Shown here in pieces: positions 9,408-19,702 of a stretch of DNA of 64,000 bases. Position 1 is the stretch's first letter; each line of letters begins with the position of its first letter. Origin of the DNA: Candidatus Bathyarchaeota archaeon (GTDB taxonomy: Archaea > Thermoproteota > Bathyarchaeia > Bathyarchaeales > Bathycorpusculaceae); the NCBI GenBank assembly GCA_963782525.1, contig CAWAKC010000003.1:192001-256000 (forward strand), written 5' to 3'. Made by a program: the position numbers and the translations under genes. The notes under the pieces were generated by a model that was not told the DNA's origin, searched no databases, and saw only the letters and a program-made list of their open reading frames with translations.

Positions 9408-11030
9408 CAGACTGTGTGAAAAGTCCTATAGTCCACTTACCGTTAAGCTTAAAGCTAGCTTCAGAACAACTGAAAAGCCATGAGCGAACATGTAAACGGA
9501 ACTCACAGAGACCAAACAGTGCTGTTTCCAGACACCATCGACAAATATGTTGACAAAGAAAATCCCGTCAGGTTCATTGACGCATTCGTTGAAAGCCTCA
9601 ACTTGGAAAAGTTGGGGTTCAAACACTCAAGCCTGGCCGACACTGGAAGACCATCTTACAATCCTTCAGACCTTCTCAAGCTCTATGTTTATGGCTACCT
9701 CAACCAGGTAAGATCCAGCAGGAAACTGGAGAAAGAATGCTACCGCAACGTCGAAGTCATGTGGCTCATGAAAAAGCTGTCTCCAGACTTCAAAACCATC
9801 GCAGACTTCAGAAAAAACAACGTAGACTGCATCAAAGGAGTATTCAAAGAATTCGTTTACCTCTGCAGGAGCTTGGACCTTTACGGTGCGCAACTTGTAG
9901 CGATTGATGGAACCAAATTTAGGGCTGTCAACTCAAAAAGCAACAACCTCAACGAGAAAACCGTTGCGTTGAGGCTTAAGCAGACAGAGGAAAAGATAGC
10001 ACAATACCTCAACGAATTAGATTCTAATGATGCCAACGATTCAGAGGACGATGATAATGCACCTGCTGATGAGCTTAGGGAAAAAATAGGCCAGCTTGAA
10101 GAGAAGAGGCAGCAATATGAGCAAATTCGAGAGCAGATGAAGGCTACAGGCCAAAGGGAGGTTTCACTTGTGGATCCAGACAGCCGTTTAATGCGAGTTG
10201 ATAGTCAACGGCTTGAAGTTGGCTACAATATTCAAACTTCCGTTGATGCAAAACAGCACCTCATTGTCGATTATGACGTGATAAATATCTCCACTGATCA
10301 CCATCAGCTGGTTAAGGACGCTTTAGCAGCGAAGGAAACCTTAGGTGTGGATAGGCTAGCTGTTTTGAGTGACAAGGGTTTCTACGTCGAGAAAGATGTT
10401 GCAGGTTGTGAGGATAATAATATACCCTTTTCATGCCTATACCTGGGGCTTTGAATCCATACAAGAGCGTTGGCATTCCTGAGCCTGAATTTTACTCTGA
10501 CAAATTTGTTTATGATGCCGCTAAGGACGTGTATGTTTGTCCTGTGGGAAATGAGATGCCTTTTTGGAAGCGTAGTAACCGCGGCAAAGGTTTTGATGGT
10601 AGGCTGTATAGGTCGAGGTGTTGTGATTCTTGTTTGGTGAGAGGTAGGTGTACTAGGAATAAGCGTGGACGGTATATGTTCAGGGGTGAATATGATGGGG
10701 CGGTTGATCGTTTAAGGGAGCGGTTGAAGGGTTCGGAGGGCAAAAAGATGCTTCGTTTGAGGCGGTTGTTGGCGGAGCATCCGTTTGGGACGATGAAGCG
10801 GGCTTTTAATCAGGGTTATGTGCTTTTGAAGGGTCTTAGGAAAGTGAGAGGAGAGGTTGGTTTCACTATGTTGGCTTACAATATGAGAAGGGCTATCAAT
10901 ATTCTTGGAGTTGGAATGCTAATAGGTTTGATTAAAGCGTAAGGAAAAAGAAAGTAAGTGCAGGTAATCGAAGACAAGAGATTAGGCGCCAGATATCTCA
11001 GGCTTTAGCGGTGAGTTTTAACACAGTCTG
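9408..11030 (+). mobile_element. IS1182-family insertion sequence, copy 1 (1623 bp)
   Basis: TIRs CAGACTGTGTGAAAAGTC / CAGACTGTGTTAAAACTC; 4-bp TSD GAAA at 9404-9407 and 11031-11034. Confidence 0.93.
9480..10942 (+). CDS. IS1182-family DDE transposase, split by a frameshift at ~10425
   Basis: GRPSYNP, SSRKLE, PDFKTIADFR, AIDGTK, DPDSRLM, GYNIQ, SDKGF; second ORF has the Cys cluster and EHPFGTMK. Confidence 0.92.
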
Positions 11031-11748
11031 GAAAGGGTATGAGTCCCTTCACCTAAATTCTTTGAATTAGGCTATTTTGACGAGTTGAACTATGATATGA
11101 AGCCTCGCTCTCCCTAATCAATCAGAGAACAAGTCCGCCGAGTCGCAGACCTGAACAGGTTCAAGTCCAAGTGATGCCTCTTCAGAAACTAACCTTCTTT
11201 TCCTAAGTAGGGGCATTTCGAGTCAGCATCTAATTTTTTCTTAAAGTAATCAAAGGGCCAAGCCTAAGCGGTGTGGTTAGAAAGAGTGTTTGATGAAAAC
11301 TCCTTTGTATAGGCCGAGCTGGCGTTTTCTATGTATTCGTTGATTTCTTGTAGTAGGCTGGGTGTGTTTTGTTGGAGTGGATTTGGGCTTGTTGTTGGTC
11401 TTGGAAGTGCGTGGTTAGGGTTTGGCGTGCGTTATCGCTGGAGTGGTGTAACCTTATTACTCATATGTCCTTTTCCAAACATTAATCGAACACTGATTTC
11501 AACAGTAAGAACTCCCCTTGTATATGCAGTTGCTACATCCAGGATTAGTAAAATATCTACTCTTACTCAAAAAGAATCCATCAAACAACTAATATACGCC
11601 CAAGTTACATTTCAGGTTTTGCAAGCAAAACACTTGATTGACAGAAAATAGGTATGGTACTGCAAAGCGATTGATTGATGGGTTACTCAAAGTGCTCTTA
11701 GAAATAAAATGGATTGAAGCACACTAAAATTTGGCGTTTCCTTTTGTG

Positions 11749-12159
11749 CTATTCTAATTTTAACACTACTGCAACTTTTTTCTTGGTTAAATCTTCAACT
11801 ATTTGAATCCATGCAAATGGAATATCCACTTTCTCTTCTTCTGTGAGTTTCCTCACTTTGAAAGCGCTTTGGACGAAAAAAGAACGTTTGCATGATTCAC
11901 AATTCAAATATGGAAAAATTCCATCTAACGGCCTAGTGACTTCTTGTTTAGCACCGCAATAAGGACATTGTTGAATCTTAGGTTTCTCGAGGCTGGTTGT
12001 AACGTTTGATTTAACATCGATACTACTTTCTAACTCGTCCCAGGAAGAATACATTCGATGCAAAGGGGAATTTCCGCTAGACCATAATTCTTTGAAAATG
12101 CTAAGGGCTTCTTTTCGATCATTTTTTGTGGATACTGGATAATCATTTTGATCGACCAT
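11749..12159 (-). CDS. Hypothetical zinc-ribbon protein
   Basis: CPYCG...CESC; GGTGA RBS. Confidence 0.7.
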   Translation of the reverse strand: MVDQNDYPVSTKNDRKEALSIFKELWSSGNSPLHRMYSSWDELESSIDVKSNVTTSLEKPKIQQCPYCGAKQEVTRPLDGIFPYLNCESCKRSFFVQSAFKVRKLTEEEKVDIPFAWIQIVEDLTKKKVAVVLKLE

Positions 12160-12379
12160 CAGAAATCACCCAGTCTACTGGTAAAAATGGTGTTCATTAA
12201 AACTAATAACGTTTGTGAATAAAACAAAAACGCGCTGCATCCCAAATAGTTTTACTATTTGGACTGAATTTATTCATGATTATTTGCAGTTCCAGAGAGC
12301 CTAAACTCCAAGAGATAATTGGTTGTTTTTTCACCAAGTTCTATGACAACATGTTTGATTATTTTTATGGCAGTTAAAT

Positions 12380-12733
12380 TTAAGAGTATTGCCACCAATG
12401 CTTTTTTGGTTCAATGAAGAGAACTGTGTCATTTTGCGTTAATTCACAAACATTACTTAAACCGTATTTTTTGACTTCCACTTCATAAGAACCCTCTGCA
12501 AGTTCAGCAGATACCATACCATTATCATTTGTATTCATCGCGAGTATCAACTTTTTAAATGGTGTTCCATTTTTGAGATTCTCAGCCCACTGCTTGGGCG
12601 TTATAGGTTCCATTTCCAATCTGAAAACTTTAACGTTAACATTCTTGATTGGTTTATTTTCTTTAAAATTAACCACTCTTACAACAAACATGTAAGTCTT
12701 TTCTAAAACGTTATCAACATTTTGGGTGCTCAC
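12380..12733 (-). CDS. Hypothetical protein with carboxypeptidase-regulatory/Ig-like fold
   Basis: PIKNVNVKV...TNDNG...LAEGSYEVEVKKYG pattern. Confidence 0.65.
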   Translation of the reverse strand: MSTQNVDNVLEKTYMFVVRVVNFKENKPIKNVNVKVFRLEMEPITPKQWAENLKNGTPFKKLILAMNTNDNGMVSAELAEGSYEVEVKKYGLSNVCELTQNDTVLFIEPKKHWWQYS

Positions 12734-13069
12734 TGTAAAAACCTGGATAACTTTATTCTGTGATTTGTAGATTTAAGACTTTTGAACATAGACTTCATGA
12801 TACTGCACCGTACACTCTAAAACTATGATGCATGTAGTAATAGAAATTTTATTTTTCCCGATTTCAAATCCTTATGGGGTGAAGATGTGAAGGCTAATCG
12901 AAAATATGAAGTGTTGGCTATTGCTTGCTTATGGGTCCTTGAGGGTAAGGCCTCAGCGCAGAGTACGCAACGCATAAGAAGTTGTTGGAGGCTAGATGTC
13001 CAGGGCAAGATACGAGTAGGATTGTGGTTGTGGCTTAACGGATGCTGAAAGATGGGCGGGCATTTGGAA

Positions 13070-13384
13070 ATGAGTAGCTCCAAAAAATCTGTGACGTGCC
13101 CTACTTGCCACAAGGTTTTCGGTTCATCGATTGAGTATCAACTTCACTGGTCGCATAATCACCCTGGGAGGGTTCTTGCTCCATTGATCCAGTTTGTGCC
13201 TTCGGGCATTGCGGAGCCTGCAGTATCTAAAGTGGTTGTGTCCGCTTCAAATGGTACCGCTCAAGGATGCAGTTGTCCCGTCTGTGGGCACATAATCAGC
13301 GCTGACGTTTACGGCAAGTTGCGGCTTAAGTTCTCGAAGTATCCTGGTCTGTTTCCAGCAGTGGATAGGGACGTGGCAACATGA
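13070..13384 (+). CDS. C2H2 zinc-finger protein with a second CxxC
   Basis: CPTCHKVFGSSIEYQLHWSHNH and CPVCGH. Confidence 0.7.
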   Translation: MSSSKKSVTCPTCHKVFGSSIEYQLHWSHNHPGRVLAPLIQFVPSGIAEPAVSKVVVSASNGTAQGCSCPVCGHIISADVYGKLRLKFSKYPGLFPAVDRDVAT

Positions 13385-13647
13385 CTTTTGAATAGGAGTA
13401 AACCTTGGTGTGACTATGAAATGTTTTGCTTGCAGTCAAATGCTTAAGCGAATAAAGGGTGTATGCAGCGATTACATCTAAATTAATCCTAAGTGCTTTA
13501 AAAACAAGAAAGCACGCGTGCAGGCGCACGCAAAGTTTTGCAGGCTCTCCAGAGCAGAAATACGCGCAACTATGGTGTAGCACTTACCAAAAAATAGGAA
13601 GGAGAAATAGCCAAACACTAAAATAAGGTAAATAAAATATAAATAAA

Positions 13648-13806
13648 GTGAATGAACAACCTGTGAAAAACTTGAATAACGTTTTATGTTCAAATTGTTC
13701 TTATTGTGGTAGCACTCGCCTTGAAGAAGATGAAGATGTCGTTAAGTGTCTTAATTGTGGCATGGGAAAGTATAAGCAAGGTAGACATAAGAAGTATTGT
13801 AAATAA
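13648..13806 (+). CDS. Small TFIIB-type zinc-ribbon protein (52 aa, not in ORF track)
   Basis: Manual translation MNEQPVKNLNNVLCSNCSYCGSTRLEEDEDVVKCLNCGMGKYKQGRHKKYCK. Confidence 0.6.
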   Translation: MNEQPVKNLNNVLCSNCSYCGSTRLEEDEDVVKCLNCGMGKYKQGRHKKYCK

Positions 13807-13833
13807 TTGCTTAAGTAATGATATGGAAAAACA

Positions 13834-14037
13834 TTGGAAAATGTAAACGTGTTCAAATCTAATAGAAGTCCACGTAGCAATTGGGGAAGCAATCAACCTT
13901 ATGAGTGTCTTCGTTGCGCAACCACGATGGGTGAAGACATAGAGGAGAGAAACGGCTTAATCAAATGTATCGTATGCGGATACAGAGTTTTAAAGAAGAC
14001 GAAGCCCCCAGTTGTAAAGAGAGTTCTCGCAAGATGA
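13834..14037 (+). CDS. rpo12: DNA-directed RNA polymerase subunit P (Rpo12)
   Basis: YECLRC...IKCIVCGYRVLKKTKPPVVKRVLAR, the Rpo12 signature. Confidence 0.88.
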   Translation: MENVNVFKSNRSPRSNWGSNQPYECLRCATTMGEDIEERNGLIKCIVCGYRVLKKTKPPVVKRVLAR

Positions 14038-14091
14038 TATAAGGCTGAATCGCCGTCAGCGTAAATTGACGTTTATCTGTCCCTTCCGGAA

Positions 14092-16260
14092 TTACACTAC
14101 AAAAGGCACAGGCTTCTGCAGCCTTCGAACCTGATTCATAAAGTTCCTGTACCAATTCTCAATTTCTGGCGCTATGCTCGGCGGAACCTCTTTCATAGCT
14201 TTCTCAAAATCGCTTAAGGTAACCTCTTTTGCGTTGTTGTCTCTTCTCAAAGCGTTCATGGCGGCCTCCCTGCATACGGATGATATGTCGGCGCCGGAGT
14301 AACCTTTCGTCATGTGATACTCCTTGATGTCTACATCATTTGCTAGTGGCATGTTCTTTGTATTAATCTTGAAGATTTCAAGTCTGGCCGCTTCGTCGGG
14401 TTCTGGAACATAAATTAGTCGATCGAATCTGCCTGGCCTTAATACTGCTGAGTCGACAATATCGGGCCTATTTGTTGCAGCTATAACTATGATGTCTTCT
14501 AAGGGCATTATTCCGTCCATTTCTGTTAAAAGTTGGCTGATGACGCGTTCAGTTACTCCGGTGTCACCGTCACCCTGCCCCCTCCTTGGAGCAAGAGAGT
14601 CAACTTCATCGAAGAATATGACCACTGGCGAAGCCATTCTAGCCTTCCTGAAGATTTCTCGAATAGCCTTTTCAGATTCGCCAACCCACTTAGAGAAAAC
14701 CTCCGGGCTCTTAATCGAAATGAAGTTTGCCTCGCTTTCAGTTGCAACAGCCCTAGCCAGCATTGTCTTCCCACACCCAGGCGGGCCTATCAACAGTATA
14801 CCTTTAGGCGGCTGAATCCCCATTCTCTTGAAGACTTCAGGATTTTTCAGCGGCCACTCAACAGCCTCCTTTAACTTTTCTTTAACCTCCTCCAAGCCTC
14901 CCACTTCATCCCAATGAACAACCGGAACTTCCACAGCAATCTCTCTCATAGCTGTAGGCGTAATCTCCTTGAAGGCATTCATGAAGTCATCTATCTGAAC
15001 CTCCATCTTCTCCAGGACGCAGGGAGGTATTCGCTCTTCCTTCAGATTTATCTCGGGAAGATACCTGAGTAGAGCTTTCATAGCTGCCTCTCTACACAGG
15101 GCGGCCAAGTCAGCACCCGTGTAACCGTACGTCCGCTCAGCAAGCACCTTTAAGTCAACATCACTGGCTAAGGGCATACCTCTGCTATGAATCAACAATA
15201 TTTCATGACGCCCCCGCTTGTCTGGGGACCCTATCTCTATCTCGCGATCAAACCTCCCAGGCCTCCTGAGAGCTGAATCCAAGGCATTCGGCCTGTTTGT
15301 TGCACCTATTACTATAACATTTCCTCTACCAGTCAATCCGTCCATAAGAGATAGAAGCTGAGCGACAACCCTTTTCTCCACTTCACCAGTAACCTCCTCC
15401 CGTTTGGGCGCGATGGAGTCCAACTCGTCTATGAGTATGATGCTCGGGGCGGTTTTATGAGCCTGTTGAAATATTTCTCGAAGCTTCGCTTCCGACTCCC
15501 CATAGAACTTACTTATTATTTCAGGTCCGTTTATTGAGAAGAAGTTTGCGTCAGACTCGTTCGCTACTGCTTTAGCTATGAGGGTCTTTCCGCAGCCGGG
15601 TGGACCGAGCAGTAGAACCCCTTTTGGAGGATCTATTCCAAGCGTCTGGAAAATCTCAGGATGCCGCATTGGAAGTTCAACCATCTCCCTTATGCGTTGA
15701 ATCTCCTCCTCCAAGCCTCCTAAGTCCTCATAGGTGATACGTGGCACACTTTCAGCTTCCGTCGAAGGTTCAGTCAATATCTTCAATGTGGTATCTTGGG
15801 TCATCTTTACTATTCCTTGGGGCTGCATCTTCGCAACAGTGAACTGAACAGAATGACCAAGCATCATAACGGACGTCGTGTCTCCTTCAACAAACGTCCT
15901 ATCGATAAGTCTGTTCTTCACAAAATTTGCAAAGTCTTCGTCAACGTTCAATCGCATATTCACTGGAGCAAGCACTATTCTCAGGGCATTTTTAACTTCA
16001 GCCTTTCGAACTAGAACGTAATCGTTTATTGATACGTCAGCATTTTTACGTAAGACCCCATCGATTCGCATAATGTCTGGATCCTGGTCTTCAGAGTACG
16101 CTGGCCAAGCGATCGCGGACGTTTTTTTCTTCCCTGAGAACTCTATTACGTCTCCAGATGAAACCCCTAACTTTTGCATTGTTCTCGGGTCTATTCTAGC
16201 GATTCCTCTTGCCACATCTGTCTGTCTGGAATCCAGAACTTTCAGCTGAACTTCGCTCAA
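14092..16260 (-). CDS. cdc48: CDC48/VCP family AAA+ ATPase
   Basis: N domain ([10 protein letters not shown]), two GPPGCGKT Walker A motifs, two RPGRFDR motifs. Confidence 0.96.
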   Translation of the reverse strand: MSEVQLKVLDSRQTDVARGIARIDPRTMQKLGVSSGDVIEFSGKKKTSAIAWPAYSEDQDPDIMRIDGVLRKNADVSINDYVLVRKAEVKNALRIVLAPVNMRLNVDEDFANFVKNRLIDRTFVEGDTTSVMMLGHSVQFTVAKMQPQGIVKMTQDTTLKILTEPSTEAESVPRITYEDLGGLEEEIQRIREMVELPMRHPEIFQTLGIDPPKGVLLLGPPGCGKTLIAKAVANESDANFFSINGPEIISKFYGESEAKLREIFQQAHKTAPSIILIDELDSIAPKREEVTGEVEKRVVAQLLSLMDGLTGRGNVIVIGATNRPNALDSALRRPGRFDREIEIGSPDKRGRHEILLIHSRGMPLASDVDLKVLAERTYGYTGADLAALCREAAMKALLRYLPEINLKEERIPPCVLEKMEVQIDDFMNAFKEITPTAMREIAVEVPVVHWDEVGGLEEVKEKLKEAVEWPLKNPEVFKRMGIQPPKGILLIGPPGCGKTMLARAVATESEANFISIKSPEVFSKWVGESEKAIREIFRKARMASPVVIFFDEVDSLAPRRGQGDGDTGVTERVISQLLTEMDGIMPLEDIIVIAATNRPDIVDSAVLRPGRFDRLIYVPEPDEAARLEIFKINTKNMPLANDVDIKEYHMTKGYSGADISSVCREAAMNALRRDNNAKEVTLSDFEKAMKEVPPSIAPEIENWYRNFMNQVRRLQKPVPFVV

Positions 16261-16485
16261 TTTTCAACGTTCCATTAAACATATTTCTGATAGAAGCACT
16301 AAATCCGTTCTCTCAACATCATTAGAACATATTGTTATTCGGGAAGGGTGTCAGGACACTTTCTTAGATATAAACTTGGCAATTTTCTGAAAGTGAAGCT
16401 AGTTTTCAGCGCACACGCTGATTAGTTTAATTCAATTTTTTCTCGGTTGTTATTTGGCTTTATTTGGCTTCACTCTTCGTAGTTG

Positions 16486-16626
16486 TTATTTAGTTTCACC
16501 CTTCTTCTTGGTGTCTACGTAGGTTTTCTTTTTCATTTTCTTTCTAATCGGGCAATTAAGTCGAATACTCGATTTGCATCTGCGGCAGTTTTTAACTAAA
16601 CCTGCTCTTAATTGGCACATTTTCAT
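16486..16626 (-). CDS. Small basic Cys-containing protein (46 aa, not in ORF track)
   Basis: MKMCQLRAGLVKNCRRCKSSIRLNCPIRKKMKKKTYVDTKKKGETK; GAGGT RBS. Confidence 0.5.
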   Translation of the reverse strand: MKMCQLRAGLVKNCRRCKSSIRLNCPIRKKMKKKTYVDTKKKGETK

Positions 16627-16998
16627 TTACCTCTTTTCTCATGCTTATACTCAATGCGCTTATGTTTATACTAATGCTTTTTTTTAGCTTAATTTTTTAT
16701 TTTTGCAATAGTTAAGCGATTAATTAAAATTAACAATTCACTATATTTACCAAACTCAGATTTTAATTTGTCTCGGTGACTTGGTTTAGGCTTTTCTGGT
16801 TGCACTGTCTCCTCTACCCATGCGTTCAACCATAACCTTTATCCTCGGTTTTTTCGTATTGAGGTTTCCACTGTTCACTTTTGCCTTTGCTCATAAATTC
16901 ATTTAAACTTGTGTTATTGCGTAAACTACTGCCTAAATTAATAGCTAAAACCTTGCCCATTACTTTCTCGTCTATTTCTTTTGCTTTAGTTCCCTTCT

Positions 16999-17151
16999 TT
17001 AGACTGTCATGGCTCCAGATCTTTTCCTAACATAACTTGCCCCACACTTGTTTGAATGGTACACTTTTTTTGGATCATACGTTTCGAATACGATCCCGCA
17101 AGGGCAGGTTCTAATAAGAACTTTATTGCTTAATCTTTCAAAGTTTTCCAT
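16999..17151 (-). CDS. Small treble-clef-like zinc-finger protein (50 aa, not in ORF track)
   Basis: MENFERLSNKVLIRTCPCGIVFETYDPKKVYHSNKCGASYVRKRSGAMTV (CxC...HxxxC). Confidence 0.6.
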   Translation of the reverse strand: MENFERLSNKVLIRTCPCGIVFETYDPKKVYHSNKCGASYVRKRSGAMTV

Positions 17152-17305
17152 ACCACTCTACCCAACAATTTTTACATTCAAGAGACTTATGAACAGCCTT
17201 ATCCACATCATTATACTCAACGATTAAAGATAATAAGTCCTTCTTTTTCTCTTCAGTATTCCATGGATACTTTTTTTCGTCAGTTCTTCTCTGGAATGGT
17301 AAGTT

Positions 17306-17866
17306 TTATTCGTAGAATATGAGGTTTTGTTCCTCCAATATTACATGAAGCTTATGCACTGCGTCAAAAACGTACTGTTCTTTCTTCGCTCCGGTACAAA
17401 CTAGACTCCCGCTTGCGAATACTAGTATGACAACCTTAGGCTCGTCCATCCTGTAGATCAAGCCTGGAAACTGCTCTGGCTCATACATCGTTTTTGTAAG
17501 CGTGGAAACTGTCTTCTCCAAATCTACTGTTCCGCCTAGACTTGCAGAAGCAACAATGTTCACAACTTCCACGCTCGGTTTGCTATGGAAGATTATTCCG
17601 CACTTTTTCAGTTCTTTAACAACATTCATGATTGCGCTGCGGAATTCCTTTCCAGATTTTGCTCCTGTACAAACCATTTTACCCGAGCCAAAAATCAACG
17701 TACCCGTCTTCGGTCTCTTAAGCCTAAACACTAACCCGGGAAACCGGTCCGGACGATATTCTGCTTTTGGATAACCCTTCACAACAGCGTTTAAGTCAAT
17801 TTTCTGATTTAAAGTCGCTATAGCCACGACGTTCTGAATGTTTATTATGGCTTTAGTTTTCGGCAT
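17306..17866 (-). CDS. tbp: TATA-box-binding protein
   Basis: Two TBP repeats: NVVA..., FPGLVFRL, IFGSGKMVCTGAK, YEPEQFPGLIYRM. Confidence 0.97.
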   Translation of the reverse strand: MPKTKAIINIQNVVAIATLNQKIDLNAVVKGYPKAEYRPDRFPGLVFRLKRPKTGTLIFGSGKMVCTGAKSGKEFRSAIMNVVKELKKCGIIFHSKPSVEVVNIVASASLGGTVDLEKTVSTLTKTMYEPEQFPGLIYRMDEPKVVILVFASGSLVCTGAKKEQYVFDAVHKLHVILEEQNLIFYE

Positions 17867-18205
17867 TAAAAAACCACTTCGTATAGTGTAGCGGATGCCT
17901 AAATAACCTTCACAAAAGTCTTACGTTGCCAGCGTAGGGAAGTTTCCCGTACGTTCCCTATTTTTCTCTATTACATAAAATTGGATTGATGGAGGCTTCT
18001 TAGGGGGATGAGCGCAAATCGCGGCTTGAATGGTTGTTTATTGTTTGAGTGGTTAACATAAAACACAAACGTTCCATCCATATCATTCACCGCTATAGCA
18101 TCATTAGCTTTTTATAATATATTTCTTGCCTAGCTACCTTTTTGACTTTTTTAACATGAACAAATAGAGCATGGAAAAATGCAAAAAATCATAGTTTTCA
18201 TATAT

Positions 18206-18274
18206 TTACCAGTCCTCTTCTTCCCAATCTTCTTCGGTTGGCTCTTCTTCCCCTTCCTCCTCTTCCTCAAACAT
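18206..18274 (-). CDS. Ultra-acidic 22-aa peptide
   Basis: MFEEEEEGEEEPTEEDWEEEDW*; GAGG RBS and AAACCTTATAAG BRE/TATA-like element upstream. Confidence 0.55.
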   Translation of the reverse strand: MFEEEEEGEEEPTEEDWEEEDW

Positions 18275-18404
18275 GCCTCTTTCAACTCACTTTTTAAAAA
18301 AACGTATTAGTTACTATACTTATAAGGTTTAATTGAAAAAAGAAGCAGAAGCGAGCTAAACTTATCCACCCAACGCTTCAACACACTCTTGATGCATCTT
18401 CCTT

Positions 18405-19583
18405 CTATAGAGCCTTAAATGATTCAAACCATCTGTCGTATTGCGCCAGCATGTCAATGGATACACTGGGCTTTCTTTCTTCGAGTATCTGCCTAAAATC
18501 CTCCATCGTCAACGGCCGTGGCTTGGCCCTTCTGTCGCTTGCCTTACCTGAATCAAAGAATTCGCCGATGAGTTTCAGCTGTGCCGACTGGTTGAGATCT
18601 CTTATGTCGCTTCCTGAGAATCCCTCTGAGAGTCTCGCGAGCTCCCGCAGCTTAACATCTGGAGCAAGTTGAAGACTGGCAGTGTAGAGCTTGAACATCA
18701 TCAATCGTGTATGGCGCTCAGGCAGTGAGACCAGAATTCTTTTCTGAAATCTTCTTATGAAAGCCCAGTCCAAATCCCAAGGCTTGTTAGTCGCTCCAAT
18801 CACGTACACGTGAAGGTTCTTGCCTTTGTCTAAGATACCATCCATCTCTTTCAAAAACTGGTTGCGAACACGGATTTCGCCGCCTACCTCATTTGCGTGT
18901 TTTCCCATCAAAGAATCAAGCTCATCGACGAAGATTATTGCAGGCTTTCCTTCCAACGATGTTTTCCTTACTTGACCAAACAGGCGTGCGACATTCTGTT
19001 CACCTTCACCCATCCATTTTGACATTATCGAAGCCGCGTCAATTGAGACGAAAGTAGCATCTATTTCCGTAGCGACGGCTGCTGCAAGCAATGTTTTCCC
19101 GCAACCTGGCGGTCCGAAGAACAATATTCCCCGTGGCCATCCTAATGGAAACAGGTCGGGTCTCTGAACAGGATAGAGTATTGCCTCCTTCACCGCCTTC
19201 TTTGCGGGGGCCAGTCCAACGACTTCCTCCCATTTCACGTTGAGCTTCTCTGTACCTATCAGTTCTTCGTAACTGGATTTGCCGCCTTCACTCTTTTTGG
19301 TTTCACCCTCACGCCCGCTATATCTAACTTCTGCGTGAGGTTGTTCGCGCGGCACACCTAGGGCGCCTTGAATCGCCTTTATGCGTTCTTGGTAGGCGAT
19401 CGCTTTTTGCACGTAGACTTTGTTCAAGTCGTATTCAGGATAGAGTTTAACAAGTTGCAGTAGGCTTTCTATGGATTTCTGGTACATGATTATTGCCATG
19501 CCCCTTGAGCCTTGCTTGTCCAAGCGCACTGCTTCCGACGCGTAGTTGGTTGCATTCTTCTCAAGCTCTTGGGAAGCACTCAT
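18405..19583 (-). CDS. cdvC: Vps4/CdvC AAA ATPase (MIT domain plus single AAA domain)
   Basis: MIT helix ASEAVRLDKQG...YQKSIE; GPPGCGKT; ATNKPWDLDWAFIRRFQKRI. Confidence 0.93.
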   Translation of the reverse strand: MSASQELEKNATNYASEAVRLDKQGSRGMAIIMYQKSIESLLQLVKLYPEYDLNKVYVQKAIAYQERIKAIQGALGVPREQPHAEVRYSGREGETKKSEGGKSSYEELIGTEKLNVKWEEVVGLAPAKKAVKEAILYPVQRPDLFPLGWPRGILFFGPPGCGKTLLAAAVATEIDATFVSIDAASIMSKWMGEGEQNVARLFGQVRKTSLEGKPAIIFVDELDSLMGKHANEVGGEIRVRNQFLKEMDGILDKGKNLHVYVIGATNKPWDLDWAFIRRFQKRILVSLPERHTRLMMFKLYTASLQLAPDVKLRELARLSEGFSGSDIRDLNQSAQLKLIGEFFDSGKASDRRAKPRPLTMEDFRQILEERKPSVSIDMLAQYDRWFESFKAL

Positions 19584-19702
19584 AACCTCTTTTCTCCAGT
19601 CTGCAATTCAACTTTTATTTTATCTTTCGACCCTAAACTTTCAAGGCGCACACGCGCTAAGCTGAAAAGTCTACGTTTACTCACAAAGAACTCGCCAATT
19701 AT
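19580..19702 (-). pseudogene. Possible remnant of the cdvB/ESCRT-III C-terminal winged helix
   Basis: Startless frame ...RVRLESLGSKDKIKVELQTGEKRL* whose stop overlaps the cdvC ATG (ATGA). Confidence 0.4.

Noticed and set aside
11331-11651. 106-aa ORF next to IS copy 1
   Set aside because: It spans a GT-rich then AC-rich low-complexity stretch with no protein-like motif; probably spurious or a decayed remnant.
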